DNA of 64,000 nucleotides from Candidatus Latescibacterota bacterium (GCA_965221775.1 CBDCSU010000004.1:992001-1056000), one strand, 5' to 3'; numbered from the stretch's first letter, positions 38,484 to 48,957 are shown. Numbers and translations are program-made. Notes: generated by a model not told the origin, from the sequence alone.

Positions 38484-40145
38484 ATGATGCGGCCGAGCCG
38501 AACCATGGTCGAAGGGCCTTCCCGCGCCGGAGCGCGGGCCATGTACAAGGCCGTCGGCTACGACGACGACGCCCTCGGCCGGCCGCTGATCGGCATCGCC
38601 AACACGTGGACGGAGATCGGCCCCTGCAACTACCACCTGCGGGACCTGGCGGAGCACGTGAAGCGGGGGGTGCGCGAGGCCGGCGGCACGCCGATGGAGT
38701 TCAACACCGTCGTCGTCTCCGACGGCATCACCATGGGCACGGAGGGGATGAAGACATCTCTCGTGAGCCGCGAGGTGATCGCCGATTCCATCGAGCTGGT
38801 GGCGCGCGGCCACATGCTCGACGGCGTGGTCGCCATGACCGGATGCGACAAGACCACTCCGGGAGCGATCCTCGCCCTGGGCCGCCTCGACCTTCCGGCT
38901 CTCGTGTTCTACGGCGGCTCGATCATGCCCGGGAAGCACCGCGGCGCCGACCTGACGATCCAGGACGTGTACGAGGCGATCGGCGCCCAGGCCGGGGGCC
39001 GCATCAGCGCCGACGAGCTCAAGGCGATCGAGGATGCCGCCTGCCCGGGCCCCGGCTCCTGCGGCGGCCAGTTCACGGCCAACACCATGGCCACGGCGAC
39101 GGAGATCCTGGGGCTGGCGCCCATGGGATCCGGATCGATCCCGGCTGCCGATCCCGTCAAGGAGGGGGCGGCGGTGGAGGTCGGCGCGATGGCTGTCGAC
39201 CTGATGCGGCGAGGCCTGCGCCCCCGGCAGGTCGTGACCCGACCTTCCATCGAGAACGCCATCGCCTCGATCGCCACCACCGGCGGCTCGACGAACGGGG
39301 TCCTGCACTTCCTCGCCATCGCCCGCGAGTACGGCATCGAGCTGGATCTGGACGACTTCCAGCGCATCTCCGGGCGCACGCCGCTGATGGTCAGCCTCAA
39401 GCCGGGCGGGCTCTTCGTCGCCTCCGACCTGCACGAGGCCGGGGGCGTCGCCCTGGTGGCCGAGCGGCTGAAGGCTCGGGGCTGCCTGAACGAGGGCTGC
39501 CCCACGGTCACCGGGCGCACCATCGGCGAGGAGGCGGACCTCGCCCGGGAGACGCCGGGGCAGGAGGTGGTTCGCCCCGCCGACCGTCCCATCCGCTCCA
39601 GCGGCGGACTGGTCGTCCTGCGGGGGAACCTGGCTCCGGAGGGATGCGTGGTGAAGCTCGCCGGGTACGAGCGTTCCAGGCACGTCGGCCCGGCCCGCGT
39701 CTTCGACCGCGAGGATGACGTGCTCCCGAGGATCGAAGGGGGCGACATCAGGGATGGCGATGTCGTGGTGATCCGCTACGAGGGGCCCGTCGGCGGCCCG
39801 GGCATGCGCGAGATGCTGCAGATCACCGGCGCCATCGTCGGCGCCGGCCTCGGGGAGACGGTGGCCCTGCTCACCGACGGCCGGTTCTCGGGCGCCACCC
39901 GCGGCCTGATGATCGGCCACGTCGCTCCGGAGGCGGCCTCCGGGGGGCCGATCGCGCTGATTCGCGACGGCGACGAGATCACCATCGACACCGAGGCTCG
40001 CCGCGTCGACGCAGCCCTCGACCCGGAGGAGCTGGAGCGCCGCCGGGCGCGGTGGACGGCGCCGGAACCCCGCTACCGGAGCGGGGTGATGGCCAAGTAC
40101 GCGCGCCTCGTCTCCAGCGCCTCCACGGGGGCCGTCACCGGCTGA
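38484..40145 (+). CDS. ilvD: Dihydroxy-acid dehydratase
   Basis: PCNYHL, SDGITMG, GCDKT, CGGQFTANTM, GGSTN, GPGMREM, TDGRFSG; AGGAGG RBS. Confidence 0.97.
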   Translation: MMRPSRTMVEGPSRAGARAMYKAVGYDDDALGRPLIGIANTWTEIGPCNYHLRDLAEHVKRGVREAGGTPMEFNTVVVSDGITMGTEGMKTSLVSREVIADSIELVARGHMLDGVVAMTGCDKTTPGAILALGRLDLPALVFYGGSIMPGKHRGADLTIQDVYEAIGAQAGGRISADELKAIEDAACPGPGSCGGQFTANTMATATEILGLAPMGSGSIPAADPVKEGAAVEVGAMAVDLMRRGLRPRQVVTRPSIENAIASIATTGGSTNGVLHFLAIAREYGIELDLDDFQRISGRTPLMVSLKPGGLFVASDLHEAGGVALVAERLKARGCLNEGCPTVTGRTIGEEADLARETPGQEVVRPADRPIRSSGGLVVLRGNLAPEGCVVKLAGYERSRHVGPARVFDREDDVLPRIEGGDIRDGDVVVIRYEGPVGGPGMREMLQITGAIVGAGLGETVALLTDGRFSGATRGLMIGHVAPEAASGGPIALIRDGDEITIDTEARRVDAALDPEELERRRARWTAPEPRYRSGVMAKYARLVSSASTGAVTG

Positions 40146-40157
40146 GCGGGACCTGCC

Positions 40158-41075
40158 TCAAAGCCGGACCGCGTGCTCTCGCACGTAGGCCTCGACCTGC
40201 CGCCCGGTGTCGCGCCAAGGGAAGGTGCCGCCCGGCGGGAAGTAGTAGTGGTACTCGGCGTATTCCAGGCCGTAGGGCGCCGCCATCCGCCGGTTTTCCT
40301 CCAGTCCGAAGAGCCGGATGTACTCGCGGTCGGCGGTCTCGTCGTCGTCGCCCAGGGCCGGCAGCTTCCTTCCCTCCGCCGCCAGCCGCGCCCTCAGCCG
40401 GCGCCCGTGGGACCCGGCCGGCCCCTGGGACTTGTTGGCCGCCATGGACTCGATCTTCAGCTCCAGGAAGGGGCCGATGTCGGTGACCAGGTTGTAGGGC
40501 GACCCGGGGCGCATGGCCCAGTAGTACTTGTCGCGCACGCCGCGGGGCTTCATCCCGGCCTGCACCTGCTCGGGGTAGTCCTTCGCCGAGGCCGCCATCC
40601 AGCACGCCGACTCCACCAGCTGCCCCGTCACGTAGTGGTCGGGGTTCTCCTCCCACCGGGCCCACGGGTGGAAGCTCATCACCGTGTCCACCTGCAGGTG
40701 GCGGAAGAGGAAGATCAGCCGGCAGCGCTGCTCCAGCATCGAGTTTTCCTCCTGGCGGTGGTTGCGGTAGCCGAGGTTGAAGATGTCCTCGATGCCGAGA
40801 CTGTCGGCCAGGGCGCTCACGTCGACCTCGTTGCTCTTGATGGCGTCGGCGATCGTGCCGGGGCCGCACTTCTCGTCGTTGGTCGTCTGGATGAGGAACG
40901 CCTTGTAGCCCTCGGCGATCAGCTTGGCCACCAGCCCGCCCGAGTAGAGAGGCATGTCGTCGGCGTGGGCCTGGACGATGCCGAGGACCTTGCCTTCGTG
41001 GGGCCGCGACTCGTCGAAGGTGTCGATCCTCACCGGACCGTGGGTCGTGTCTTCCGCGTACCAGCCGTCGTGCAT
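40158..41075 (-). CDS. PIG-L/LmbE-family deacetylase
   Basis: AHADD and NPDHY metal-binding motifs, NKSQ. Confidence 0.85.
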   Translation of the reverse strand: MHDGWYAEDTTHGPVRIDTFDESRPHEGKVLGIVQAHADDMPLYSGGLVAKLIAEGYKAFLIQTTNDEKCGPGTIADAIKSNEVDVSALADSLGIEDIFNLGYRNHRQEENSMLEQRCRLIFLFRHLQVDTVMSFHPWARWEENPDHYVTGQLVESACWMAASAKDYPEQVQAGMKPRGVRDKYYWAMRPGSPYNLVTDIGPFLELKIESMAANKSQGPAGSHGRRLRARLAAEGRKLPALGDDDETADREYIRLFGLEENRRMAAPYGLEYAEYHYYFPPGGTFPWRDTGRQVEAYVREHAVRL

Positions 41076-41123
41076 GGGAATCTCCTGGCCCGATGGGAAG
41101 CGGCGCGCCCGGCGGTCTCCGCT

Positions 41124-42614
41124 TCAGTCCGCTCCGGCCGAGGCCTTGATCCGCTTCAGCTCGGCCGCCTCGGGAAGGGCCTTGTATAGGGGGTCGAGGG
41201 GGAAGCACCCGGAGATCATGCCGTTGCGCGGCGCCGTGGTGCAGTCCGAGAAGGTGCGGCAGATCCGCTTGCGCGCCAGGGGCCGCCCCCCGAGCACGTC
41301 CGCCGGCAGGTCCGGATAGGCCAGCACCATGCGCCCGAGGCCGGCCAGATCGACCTCGCCGGCGCGCACCAGGGCCTGGGCGGCATGGGGCAGGTATTCC
41401 TGCAGATAGGAGTACCCCGAGCCGACGATCACCATGTCGGGGTGGCGCGCCTTGACCTCGCCGACCATGGCCAGCTGGCGGGCCACGCCCACGAGGGGAT
41501 CCTCCGGCGGCTGGTACCCGTCCGAAGGCGGGAAGAGGGCCGGCCGCTGGATGTGGGGATTGTAGTACGGGCTGCCGCAGGAGAGGTTGACCAGCCGGAT
41601 GCCGAGGTCCCGCAGCAGGTCGAGGAAGCGGAAGGTCTCGGTCAGGTCCCAGGAGTCCGCCGGGTTGCCGCTGTCGGTGCCGAATCCGTAGCGGTAGGGC
41701 AGGTGGTCCTCGTAGGGCTCGGGGATCCCCTGCCCCGGCCGGCCTCTCTCGGCGCCGTCCGGATCGGGCCGGAAGGGCACCCAGTCGAAGGCCGAGAGCC
41801 TGACGCCGATGGCGATCGTCCCGGCCCCCTGGTCGGCGCGGATCCCCTCGACGATCCCGCGCAGGAAACGGGTGCGGTTCTCGAAGGAGCCGCCGAACTC
41901 ACCTGGTCGCGTGAAGCCCGACAGCAGCTCGTGGCCCAGGTACCCGTGGCAGTGCTTGACGTCGACGAAGTCGAACCCCGCCTCGCCGGCGACGCGGGCG
42001 CCGGAGACGTAGAGCTCGATCAGACGATGGAGCTCGTCGTCGCTGACCGGCTCGTGGCCGGCGCCAATCCCGAACCTGCGGTCCAGGATCGGGTGGCGGT
42101 AGGCGATGACCGGCTCGGGGCGGTCCTTGCGGAAGGGCCGGCAGAACCGCCCGGAGTGGGTCAGCTGCAGGCCCGCCACCAGGCCCTCACCGGAGCCGAA
42201 CCGCTCCCGGTGAGCGCTGCGGAGCAGGCCGTGGAGCTCGGCGATGCCGCCGGCCGTCTCCTGCGAGCAGATCAGCTGGTTCGGGTTCGCCCGGCCCTCG
42301 GGGCAGACGGCGCAGGCCTCGCCGCCCCAGATCAGCTTCGCCCCCGAGATCCCGAAGTTGCGCCAGCGCTGCCGAACGAGGTCCGTGGGCCGGCCGTCGC
42401 CGGTCCCGTCCCAGCCCTCCATCGGCTGGATGGCGAAGCGGTTCCCGATGCGCAGGCCGGACCCGGCGTCGATCGGCTGCGCCAGCGGGGACCCGGGCGC
42501 CGCCAGGACCTCGTCGTCGCAGGGGATGCGCACACCGAGGGCGGCGCAGTGGGCGCGCAGGTCGGCGGCGCTCCGGAAGGTGGAGACCCGCTTGTGGCGG
42601 GGCCGCTCGCCCAA
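41124..42614 (-). CDS. NADH:flavin oxidoreductase (Old Yellow Enzyme-like)
   Basis: QPMEG, QLTHSGR, DVKHCHGYLGHE, GGSFENR, GLGR, CRTFSDC. Confidence 0.9.
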   Translation of the reverse strand: MGERPRHKRVSTFRSAADLRAHCAALGVRIPCDDEVLAAPGSPLAQPIDAGSGLRIGNRFAIQPMEGWDGTGDGRPTDLVRQRWRNFGISGAKLIWGGEACAVCPEGRANPNQLICSQETAGGIAELHGLLRSAHRERFGSGEGLVAGLQLTHSGRFCRPFRKDRPEPVIAYRHPILDRRFGIGAGHEPVSDDELHRLIELYVSGARVAGEAGFDFVDVKHCHGYLGHELLSGFTRPGEFGGSFENRTRFLRGIVEGIRADQGAGTIAIGVRLSAFDWVPFRPDPDGAERGRPGQGIPEPYEDHLPYRYGFGTDSGNPADSWDLTETFRFLDLLRDLGIRLVNLSCGSPYYNPHIQRPALFPPSDGYQPPEDPLVGVARQLAMVGEVKARHPDMVIVGSGYSYLQEYLPHAAQALVRAGEVDLAGLGRMVLAYPDLPADVLGGRPLARKRICRTFSDCTTAPRNGMISGCFPLDPLYKALPEAAELKRIKASAGAD

Positions 42615-42620
42615 GGCCTC

Positions 42621-43397
42621 CTAGGAGCCCTTCCCCGGGGCCGGCGCCGGTCGGCGCAGGAGGCGGATCCCGACTCCGACTCCCGCCGCAGCCATGACGA
42701 GACTGAAGACCTGGGCCCCGGTCAGCCCCCACAGGACCTCCGGGTTGAGGCGGATCGTCTCCACCCAGAGCCGGGCGGCCCCGGCGAGGACGAGGTAGAC
42801 GCAGAACAGCAGACCGGGCCTCCCCTCCAGGGACCTGCGCAGGCGCCAGAGCAGGCCGAATGTGGCCACCCCCAGAAGGGTCTCGTAGACCGGCGTCGGA
42901 TGGACGATCTCGTCGGTGGGCACCACGCCCTTCGGATAGGCCATGCCCCAGGGCAGGTCGGTGGGGATGCCGTAGTCGCCGTCGCCGGCGAGCTGGCAGC
43001 CGATGCGGCCGATGCCGTACCCCAGGGCCAGGCCCATGCCGACCGCGTCGGCCGTGGGCGGCAGCGGCGCTCCATGCCGCCGGATCGTCCAGACCACCGC
43101 CGCCGTGGCCACGAGGAAGCCCCCGTGCCAGGTGAGGCCGCTGCCCGAGAACACGGAGCGCAAGCTCTCGCCCCAGGTGGTCGCGTCGGGCATCTCGAAG
43201 AGGATGAAGTAGAGCTTGGCCCCCGCCAGGCCCCCGAGGATGGCGGCGGTGATCAGGTTGGCGGAGAGCTCGGGATCGATGCCGCGGCGCCGCAACTCGC
43301 TCTTGATGACGAGATGGGCCGACAGGAACCCGAGGACCACCATGGGGCCGAAGGTGGGCAGACGGAAGCTCCCGATCTCGAGCCAGTACGGATACAT
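42621..43397 (-). CDS. lgt: Prolipoprotein diacylglyceryl transferase
   Basis: MYP N-terminus, GAKLY, GLTWHGG, GRIGCQLAGDGDYG, LPWGM, HPTPVYE. Confidence 0.9.
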   Translation of the reverse strand: MYPYWLEIGSFRLPTFGPMVVLGFLSAHLVIKSELRRRGIDPELSANLITAAILGGLAGAKLYFILFEMPDATTWGESLRSVFSGSGLTWHGGFLVATAAVVWTIRRHGAPLPPTADAVGMGLALGYGIGRIGCQLAGDGDYGIPTDLPWGMAYPKGVVPTDEIVHPTPVYETLLGVATFGLLWRLRRSLEGRPGLLFCVYLVLAGAARLWVETIRLNPEVLWGLTGAQVFSLVMAAAGVGVGIRLLRRPAPAPGKGS

Positions 43398-43403
43398 GAA
43401 GGG

Positions 43404-46400
43404 TCAGTCCTCGGCGGGCGGCGCCCGCCCCGGGGTGGCGGAGCCGGCGGATGCCGGCCCCGGGTCAACGATGCGCCGGCGCACGGCCTCGGCGATCTCG
43501 CGGTAGACTTCGTAGGGGGTCAGGCGCTCCTGCAGGCACCGGAACGAGCCGGCTTCGACGGCGGCGCCGAGGCGCACCCGGGCGCGCCGGGGGCTGTCGC
43601 TGCCGGCGCCGGAGAGATCGACCCGGACGGGAACCACCGGCAGGTCCAGCTCCAGGGCCAGGAGGCCGATCCCCGGCCTGTAGGCGCCGACGGCGGAGGG
43701 ACGGGGCCCTCCCTCCGGGAACAGCAGCAGGGGCCGGCGCCGGCCGATGCGCCCTGCCGCCTCCTCCAGGGCCCGCGGCAAGCCGTCCTGACCGGAGAGG
43801 GTCACGAGCTCGGCGAACCAGCGGCACAACCGGGACTCCCACCGGCCTCCGATGGCGTCGTGCCCCTCCACCAGCAGGCAGAGCCCGTCGAGCTCGGGCC
43901 TCAAGGCGGCGTAGACCGCCGCGGCGGCGGCCGGTCCCGGACGGCTGGCAGCCAGGAGAAAGGGGCCCTCAGGCAGGCCCCCGGCGCCATCCACCTCGAC
44001 CCGCAGGGCGGCCCTCAATGCCCTGGACGCGATCGTGCCCAGGGCCGATCTCCCGCTCCGCGCCACGGATCCCGGGCGGCGGAGCACGGAGGACCAGTAT
44101 CCCTCCGCCTCGGACTCCGCCAGGGTCAGACCCGGCCCCACCTCGTCGAGGAGCCGGCGCAGGGTGGTCCGCTCGCGGTCGATGGTCACCTGCCCGGCCC
44201 CGGCCCCCTGCAGGGAGGCCGCCAGCTCGACCGCCATGAGCGAGTCGATCACCGTGTCCAGGGGGGCGTCGGCATGGGCGATGATCTCTCCTACGGCCAG
44301 CCCCGACAACTGGCTCAGCCGGTGGTAGACCTGCCGTTCCCAGGGAGCCAGACCGTCCGCGGCATCCACCTCTTCGGGGGCTCCGCGCTCCAGGTCCTGG
44401 CGCAGGGCCCTGCGGTCGACGCGGCCGTCGTCGAGCCGCGGCAGAGGCCGCCGCTGGATGTGCAGCCGGGCGATCCGCTGCCAGGCCGGCAGGTCGCGGG
44501 AGAGGGCATAGGCCCGTTGCCGGATCTCCTCCTCCGCTTCCGGCAGGTCCAGGTCCCGGGAGCGGGGATCGAGAACGACGACGCCGTGCACCTCTTCGCC
44601 GAGGGTGCGCGCCGACGGCAGGCCGACGACGGCCAGCTCGGCCGTGTGCGGCAGGCCTCCGTAGAGGTCCTCCACCTCGTCGGGATAGACGTTCTTGCCG
44701 CCGCCGGTGACGATCAGGGCCCGCCGCCGGCCGGTGATGAACAGGTACCCGTCCTCGTCGACGTGGCCCACGTCGCCGGTGTGCAGCCAGCCGTCCCGCA
44801 GGACCTCGTCGGTCAGGTCCGGGCGGTTCAGGTATCCCGCGGTGACCGACGGCCCCGAGACCAGGATCTCTCCGTCGTGCCCGAGGGGAGCGTCGATGCG
44901 CAACTCGACGCAGGGCAGGGCAACGCCCACGGAGCCCCGGCGGGCCGCACCCGAAGGATTGACCGTGACGATGGGGGAGGTCTCGGTCAGCCCGTAGCCC
45001 TCGTACACCGTGAGGCCTAGATCGCGGTAGGTGTCGAACAGCGTCTCGCCGAGGGGCGCGCCTCCGGAGACGATCAGGCGCAGTTGCCGCAGCACGTCGA
45101 TGTTGGGCGACCGCCCGCCCTCGGCCCGCGTGTCCAGACGCTGCACTCGATCCGCCAGGATCTTGAGGACCCTCGGCACGGCGAGCATGGCGGTGATTCC
45201 GCGCTCGCGGATGGCCTCGAGGATGTTGCGGCTGTTGAGAGGGCCGTCGAGGTAGACGGTCGAGGCTCCGCTCCACAGGGACATGAGCAGGACCCCGGTG
45301 AACTCGAGGCCGTGGTGCAGGGGCAGCAGGGACAGGATGCGGTCGCTGTCGTGAACGCGCTGCAGCTCCCCCAGGGCCAGGAGATCGGAGATCAAGTTGC
45401 CATGGGTCAGGACCACCCCCCGAGGCTCGACCCGGGTGCCGGAGGTGAAGATGATCGACGCCTCCCGGTCCCGGTCGATCTCCGGCTCCTGGAAGGTGGA
45501 TCCAGTCCCTTCGGCGGCATCCACGGAATCGCCCGAGGCCAGGTCGATTCGGGTACGGACCGCGGCCGGGGGGATCCGGGCGAGGATCGCGTCATCGGCC
45601 ACCAGGGCCCGGGCCTCGGAGAAGGCGGCCAGCCGTTCCACCTCCTCCTCCGGCGTCTGCGGGTCCACGGGCAGGACCGCCGCGCCGAGGAAGGAGCAGG
45701 CCATGTAGGAGACGACCCACTCGGGGCCGTTCTCCCCGGCCAGCAGGACGCGGTCCCCGGCGCCGAGGCCGAGACCCTGCCAGCGGCCGGCGCGCTCCTC
45801 CACGCGCTGCAGCAGGTCGGCGTAGGTGATCCTCCGCCAGCGGCCGCCGCGGCGGGCCTCGAGGGCGACGCGCCCGGCGTGGCGGGCGCAGGTCCAGCGC
45901 AGCAGGTCCGGCAGGGTGGCGATCTCGCGCTCCGCCCGCAGTCGCTCCTCCTCGGCCCCCGGCTCCCCGGGCGGCTCCGGCAGCGCCGCCTCCACGGCGC
46001 TCTCCTCGCGCAGCACGTGGCGCCGCAGGCCGGGCAGGTGGATCCCGGCCACGTACTCGGACCAGTCGATGGCGGTGACGTCCATGTCGAAGGTGGCGCG
46101 CTCGTCCGGCGGAAGCGACTCGTACAGGGCCCGGGTGCGTCCGGTCTCGAAGCGGCAGTCGAGGTGGGTGTAAGGGTGGTAGATCTCCACGTAGTAGAGC
46201 ACGCGCTGCAGCCGGATCCGGGCCGTCGCCAGAAGCCGCCGCTGCCGGGGCCGCGGCGAACGGCCCGGCAGGTCGAGGAGCCGCTCGCGGAGCCGGAGCG
46301 GAGCCAGATGCTTGAGCCGGAAGACGAACCGGAAGAGGCGCAGGCTGGGATAGCGCCAATCGGGCAGGGTCGGACGGCGGCCGTCGCGATCCGGCATGGG

Positions 46401-47597
46401 CGACCGACGGAAGTGGGCGCGCACGATGTCGAAGAGAGAGCTCAGACGTACCGGGTTCTCGGTGCTCGTGGCCACCTGGAAGACCTCCACGGCCTCGGGC
46501 CGAGCCCGCACCGCGGCGGCGATCGCGGCGTTGACCACCCGGTCCACCGGGATCACGTCGAGGATGATCTCCGGTCGCGCCGGGAAGTCGGGCACGAGTC
46601 CCCGGCCGTAGGCAACCAGCAGCGGGTCCATCACCTTCAGGCCCGTGATCCAGCCGGGCTCCGGATCGGCGAGGCTGCTCTCGATGATGCTCGGACGGAC
46701 GACGACGACCGGCACCTCCCCGCGCCGCAGGCTGAGCATCTGCTCACCCATGGCCTTGGTATAGGTGTAGACGTCGTTCCACCCGTGCTCGCGGGCGCGG
46801 CGCATCCCCTCGACCACCAGCTCTCCCCGGACCCAGCGGTCCCGGCGGTCCTCGACGAGCTGTTCCAGCCGGGCGGGCGTCAGCTTGCGGCTGCGGGACT
46901 TCCCGTACTCGCGGACCACCTCGCGCTTCAGCCGCCTCGTGAACTCCTCCTCCGCGGCTTCCTCCCGGAGGCGCCGGCAGGCGGCGCGGCAGTCCGCCAC
47001 CTCGCTCACCGGATCGAAGCCGGGTCCGCCGCCGTCGATGACCTGGCGCATGTCGCGGTCGACGGGCAGGGGCTCGTCGGCGATCGTCCCCTGGCGCCGG
47101 CCGTTGACGTAGGCGGTGGAGACGTGCACGAAGTCGACGTTCCGCCTCGAGGCCCGGGCGAGCTCCATCAGCGCCATCGGACCTCCGACATTGGCCTGGA
47201 GCGCCACGTCCAGGGGTTCGTCGAAGACGACGGTGGCGGCGCTGTTGAAGATCGTGTCGACCTCCGCCGTGAGGCGCTGCCGGTCCTCGGAGGACAGCCC
47301 GAGGTCGGGCTGGCGCTCGTCGATGGCCACGGGGACGACCTTCTCGCGCAGGCGTTCCCAGCGGCCGGGGTCGGCCCCGGCGACCCACTGGAAGAGGGCG
47401 GTGTTGTAGAGCTCCTGGAGCCGCTCGGAGGGCGCGATCTCGCGGCCGTCGGGCCGGCGGCGGGGCCGGATCAGCAGGTAGACGCGGCGGACCTCATCCC
47501 CGAGATCGCGCAGGATCTTGGCCAGCAGGGCCTGGCCGACGAACCCGGTGCCGCCGGTGATCAACAGACTTCGGTCCGTGTAGTACTCGCGGATCAT
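43404..47597 (-). CDS. Multidomain fatty acyl reductase - acyl-AMP ligase - ACP - PlsC-like protein (ElbD-like)
   Basis: TGGTGFVG, HVSTAYV, YTYTK, RPSIIES (FAR); FTSGT, YEGYGLTE, TGD, GKNVYP (adenylation); IDSLMAVEL (ACP); LLFPEGG, PVVPV (acyltransferase fold). Confidence 0.88.
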   Translation of the reverse strand: MIREYYTDRSLLITGGTGFVGQALLAKILRDLGDEVRRVYLLIRPRRRPDGREIAPSERLQELYNTALFQWVAGADPGRWERLREKVVPVAIDERQPDLGLSSEDRQRLTAEVDTIFNSAATVVFDEPLDVALQANVGGPMALMELARASRRNVDFVHVSTAYVNGRRQGTIADEPLPVDRDMRQVIDGGGPGFDPVSEVADCRAACRRLREEAAEEEFTRRLKREVVREYGKSRSRKLTPARLEQLVEDRRDRWVRGELVVEGMRRAREHGWNDVYTYTKAMGEQMLSLRRGEVPVVVVRPSIIESSLADPEPGWITGLKVMDPLLVAYGRGLVPDFPARPEIILDVIPVDRVVNAAIAAAVRARPEAVEVFQVATSTENPVRLSSLFDIVRAHFRRSPMPDRDGRRPTLPDWRYPSLRLFRFVFRLKHLAPLRLRERLLDLPGRSPRPRQRRLLATARIRLQRVLYYVEIYHPYTHLDCRFETGRTRALYESLPPDERATFDMDVTAIDWSEYVAGIHLPGLRRHVLREESAVEAALPEPPGEPGAEEERLRAEREIATLPDLLRWTCARHAGRVALEARRGGRWRRITYADLLQRVEERAGRWQGLGLGAGDRVLLAGENGPEWVVSYMACSFLGAAVLPVDPQTPEEEVERLAAFSEARALVADDAILARIPPAAVRTRIDLASGDSVDAAEGTGSTFQEPEIDRDREASIIFTSGTRVEPRGVVLTHGNLISDLLALGELQRVHDSDRILSLLPLHHGLEFTGVLLMSLWSGASTVYLDGPLNSRNILEAIRERGITAMLAVPRVLKILADRVQRLDTRAEGGRSPNIDVLRQLRLIVSGGAPLGETLFDTYRDLGLTVYEGYGLTETSPIVTVNPSGAARRGSVGVALPCVELRIDAPLGHDGEILVSGPSVTAGYLNRPDLTDEVLRDGWLHTGDVGHVDEDGYLFITGRRRALIVTGGGKNVYPDEVEDLYGGLPHTAELAVVGLPSARTLGEEVHGVVVLDPRSRDLDLPEAEEEIRQRAYALSRDLPAWQRIARLHIQRRPLPRLDDGRVDRRALRQDLERGAPEEVDAADGLAPWERQVYHRLSQLSGLAVGEIIAHADAPLDTVIDSLMAVELAASLQGAGAGQVTIDRERTTLRRLLDEVGPGLTLAESEAEGYWSSVLRRPGSVARSGRSALGTIASRALRAALRVEVDGAGGLPEGPFLLAASRPGPAAAAAVYAALRPELDGLCLLVEGHDAIGGRWESRLCRWFAELVTLSGQDGLPRALEEAAGRIGRRRPLLLFPEGGPRPSAVGAYRPGIGLLALELDLPVVPVRVDLSGAGSDSPRRARVRLGAAVEAGSFRCLQERLTPYEVYREIAEAVRRRIVDPGPASAGSATPGRAPPAED

Positions 47598-47908
47598 GCG
47601 ACGTGGAGGGCCGTGGGACGGGAGGGGAAGGAGGACGTAACTCTCCGTCGAATCTGTATGTTATGTATACGGTTGCGGCCGAACAAGGAGACCGGCGCGG
47701 CGTCAGGCGGGCGGCGGGGACCGGCCCTCTGCCCCCTCGCCGCGGTCCTCGTCCTCGGCTCGCCGGCGCGGCTCCTGGCGGGTGATGTAGGGATGCCGCA
47801 CCCGTCGGCGCAGTGCCTCTCGATCCGGCTCGGGACGGCCCGAGGCGTCAGAACTGCAAGGTCCATCCTTCATGAGACCAAGTGTACGCCGTGTATCCGG
47901 AAGCTGAA

Positions 47909-48823
47909 ATGACCGACCCGGACCGACGGCGCCAAGCCTGGACCCTGATCGCGAATCCGGCGGCGGGCGGGGGACGGGGCGCCCGGGTGGCGGAGCGCGG
48001 CCGGCGCCGCCTGCTCCAGGCCGGCATGGAGGTCTCCCTCGACTGGACGAGCCGGCGGGGACAGGCCCGGGAGCTGGCCGCCGCCGCCCGGGACCGCGGC
48101 TCCGCCGTGGTCGTCGTCTGCGGCGGCGACGGCACCGTGGCGGAGGTGCTGCCGGTGCTGGCGGGCGGCGCAACGAGCCTCGGACTCCTGCCCGCGGGGA
48201 CCTGCAACGACCTGGCCCGCGCCCTGGGGATCGGCATCTCCGAAGACCCGGCCATGCGGGTACTGCTCGAAGGGCAGCCCCGGCCGATCGATCTGGGCCG
48301 CTGCGGCGACCGCCTCTTCGCCACGGTGGCCTCCTTCGGCTTCGACGCGGAGGTCGGCGAGGAGATGGCCGAAGGCCGTTCGCCCCTCCCCGGAACGGCC
48401 GGATACCTGTACACCGCTCTCCGGCGTCTGCGGGGATACCGGCCGGCCCCGGTCTGTCTCCGGGGCGAGTTCGGCGAGCGCGAGCAGGAGGTCTTTCTCC
48501 TGGCCATGGGCAACACCCCGTCCTACGGAGGCGGCCTGCGCATCTGCCCGGAAGCCGACCCGACGGACGGACGGCTCGATCTCTGCCTGGTGGACGGCGG
48601 CATCTCCACCCGCGAGGTGCTCGCCCTGGTTCCCAGGATCTTCCGCGGCGGGCACGTGGGCTCTGCCGCGGTGCAGATGCTGCGCTCCTCCTGGGTGGAG
48701 ATCGAGGCCCTCGACGGCAGTCCCATGTCCCTGCGCGCCGACGGCGAGCGTCTGTGCGAGACCCCGGCCGTTGTGCGCGCCGAGCACCACGCCCTCAGGG
48801 TGATCCACCCCGGCCCTGCCTAG
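47909..48823 (+). CDS. Diacylglycerol/lipid kinase (YegS/DagK family)
   Basis: NPAAG, GGDGT, PAGTCNDLAR, GFDA, GNTPSYGGG, DGE. Confidence 0.92.
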   Translation: MTDPDRRRQAWTLIANPAAGGGRGARVAERGRRRLLQAGMEVSLDWTSRRGQARELAAAARDRGSAVVVVCGGDGTVAEVLPVLAGGATSLGLLPAGTCNDLARALGIGISEDPAMRVLLEGQPRPIDLGRCGDRLFATVASFGFDAEVGEEMAEGRSPLPGTAGYLYTALRRLRGYRPAPVCLRGEFGEREQEVFLLAMGNTPSYGGGLRICPEADPTDGRLDLCLVDGGISTREVLALVPRIFRGGHVGSAAVQMLRSSWVEIEALDGSPMSLRADGERLCETPAVVRAEHHALRVIHPGPA

Positions 48824-48957
48824 GGCAGGGCACCGCCGGCGAGGGCCGGGAACCACGCCGACGGTGGCGGATCCGCGGCCGATTCCGCATATTGGCGGGT
48901 GCCGCTGCCCCCCACTGGCGGACTCCTCCCTGACCCATCCCGCACCCCCCGGACCGC

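Noticed and set aside
41385-47912. Long + strand ORFs of 1211 aa and 942 aa
   Set aside because: Antisense shadows of the oxidoreductase, lgt and ElbD-like genes; no motifs
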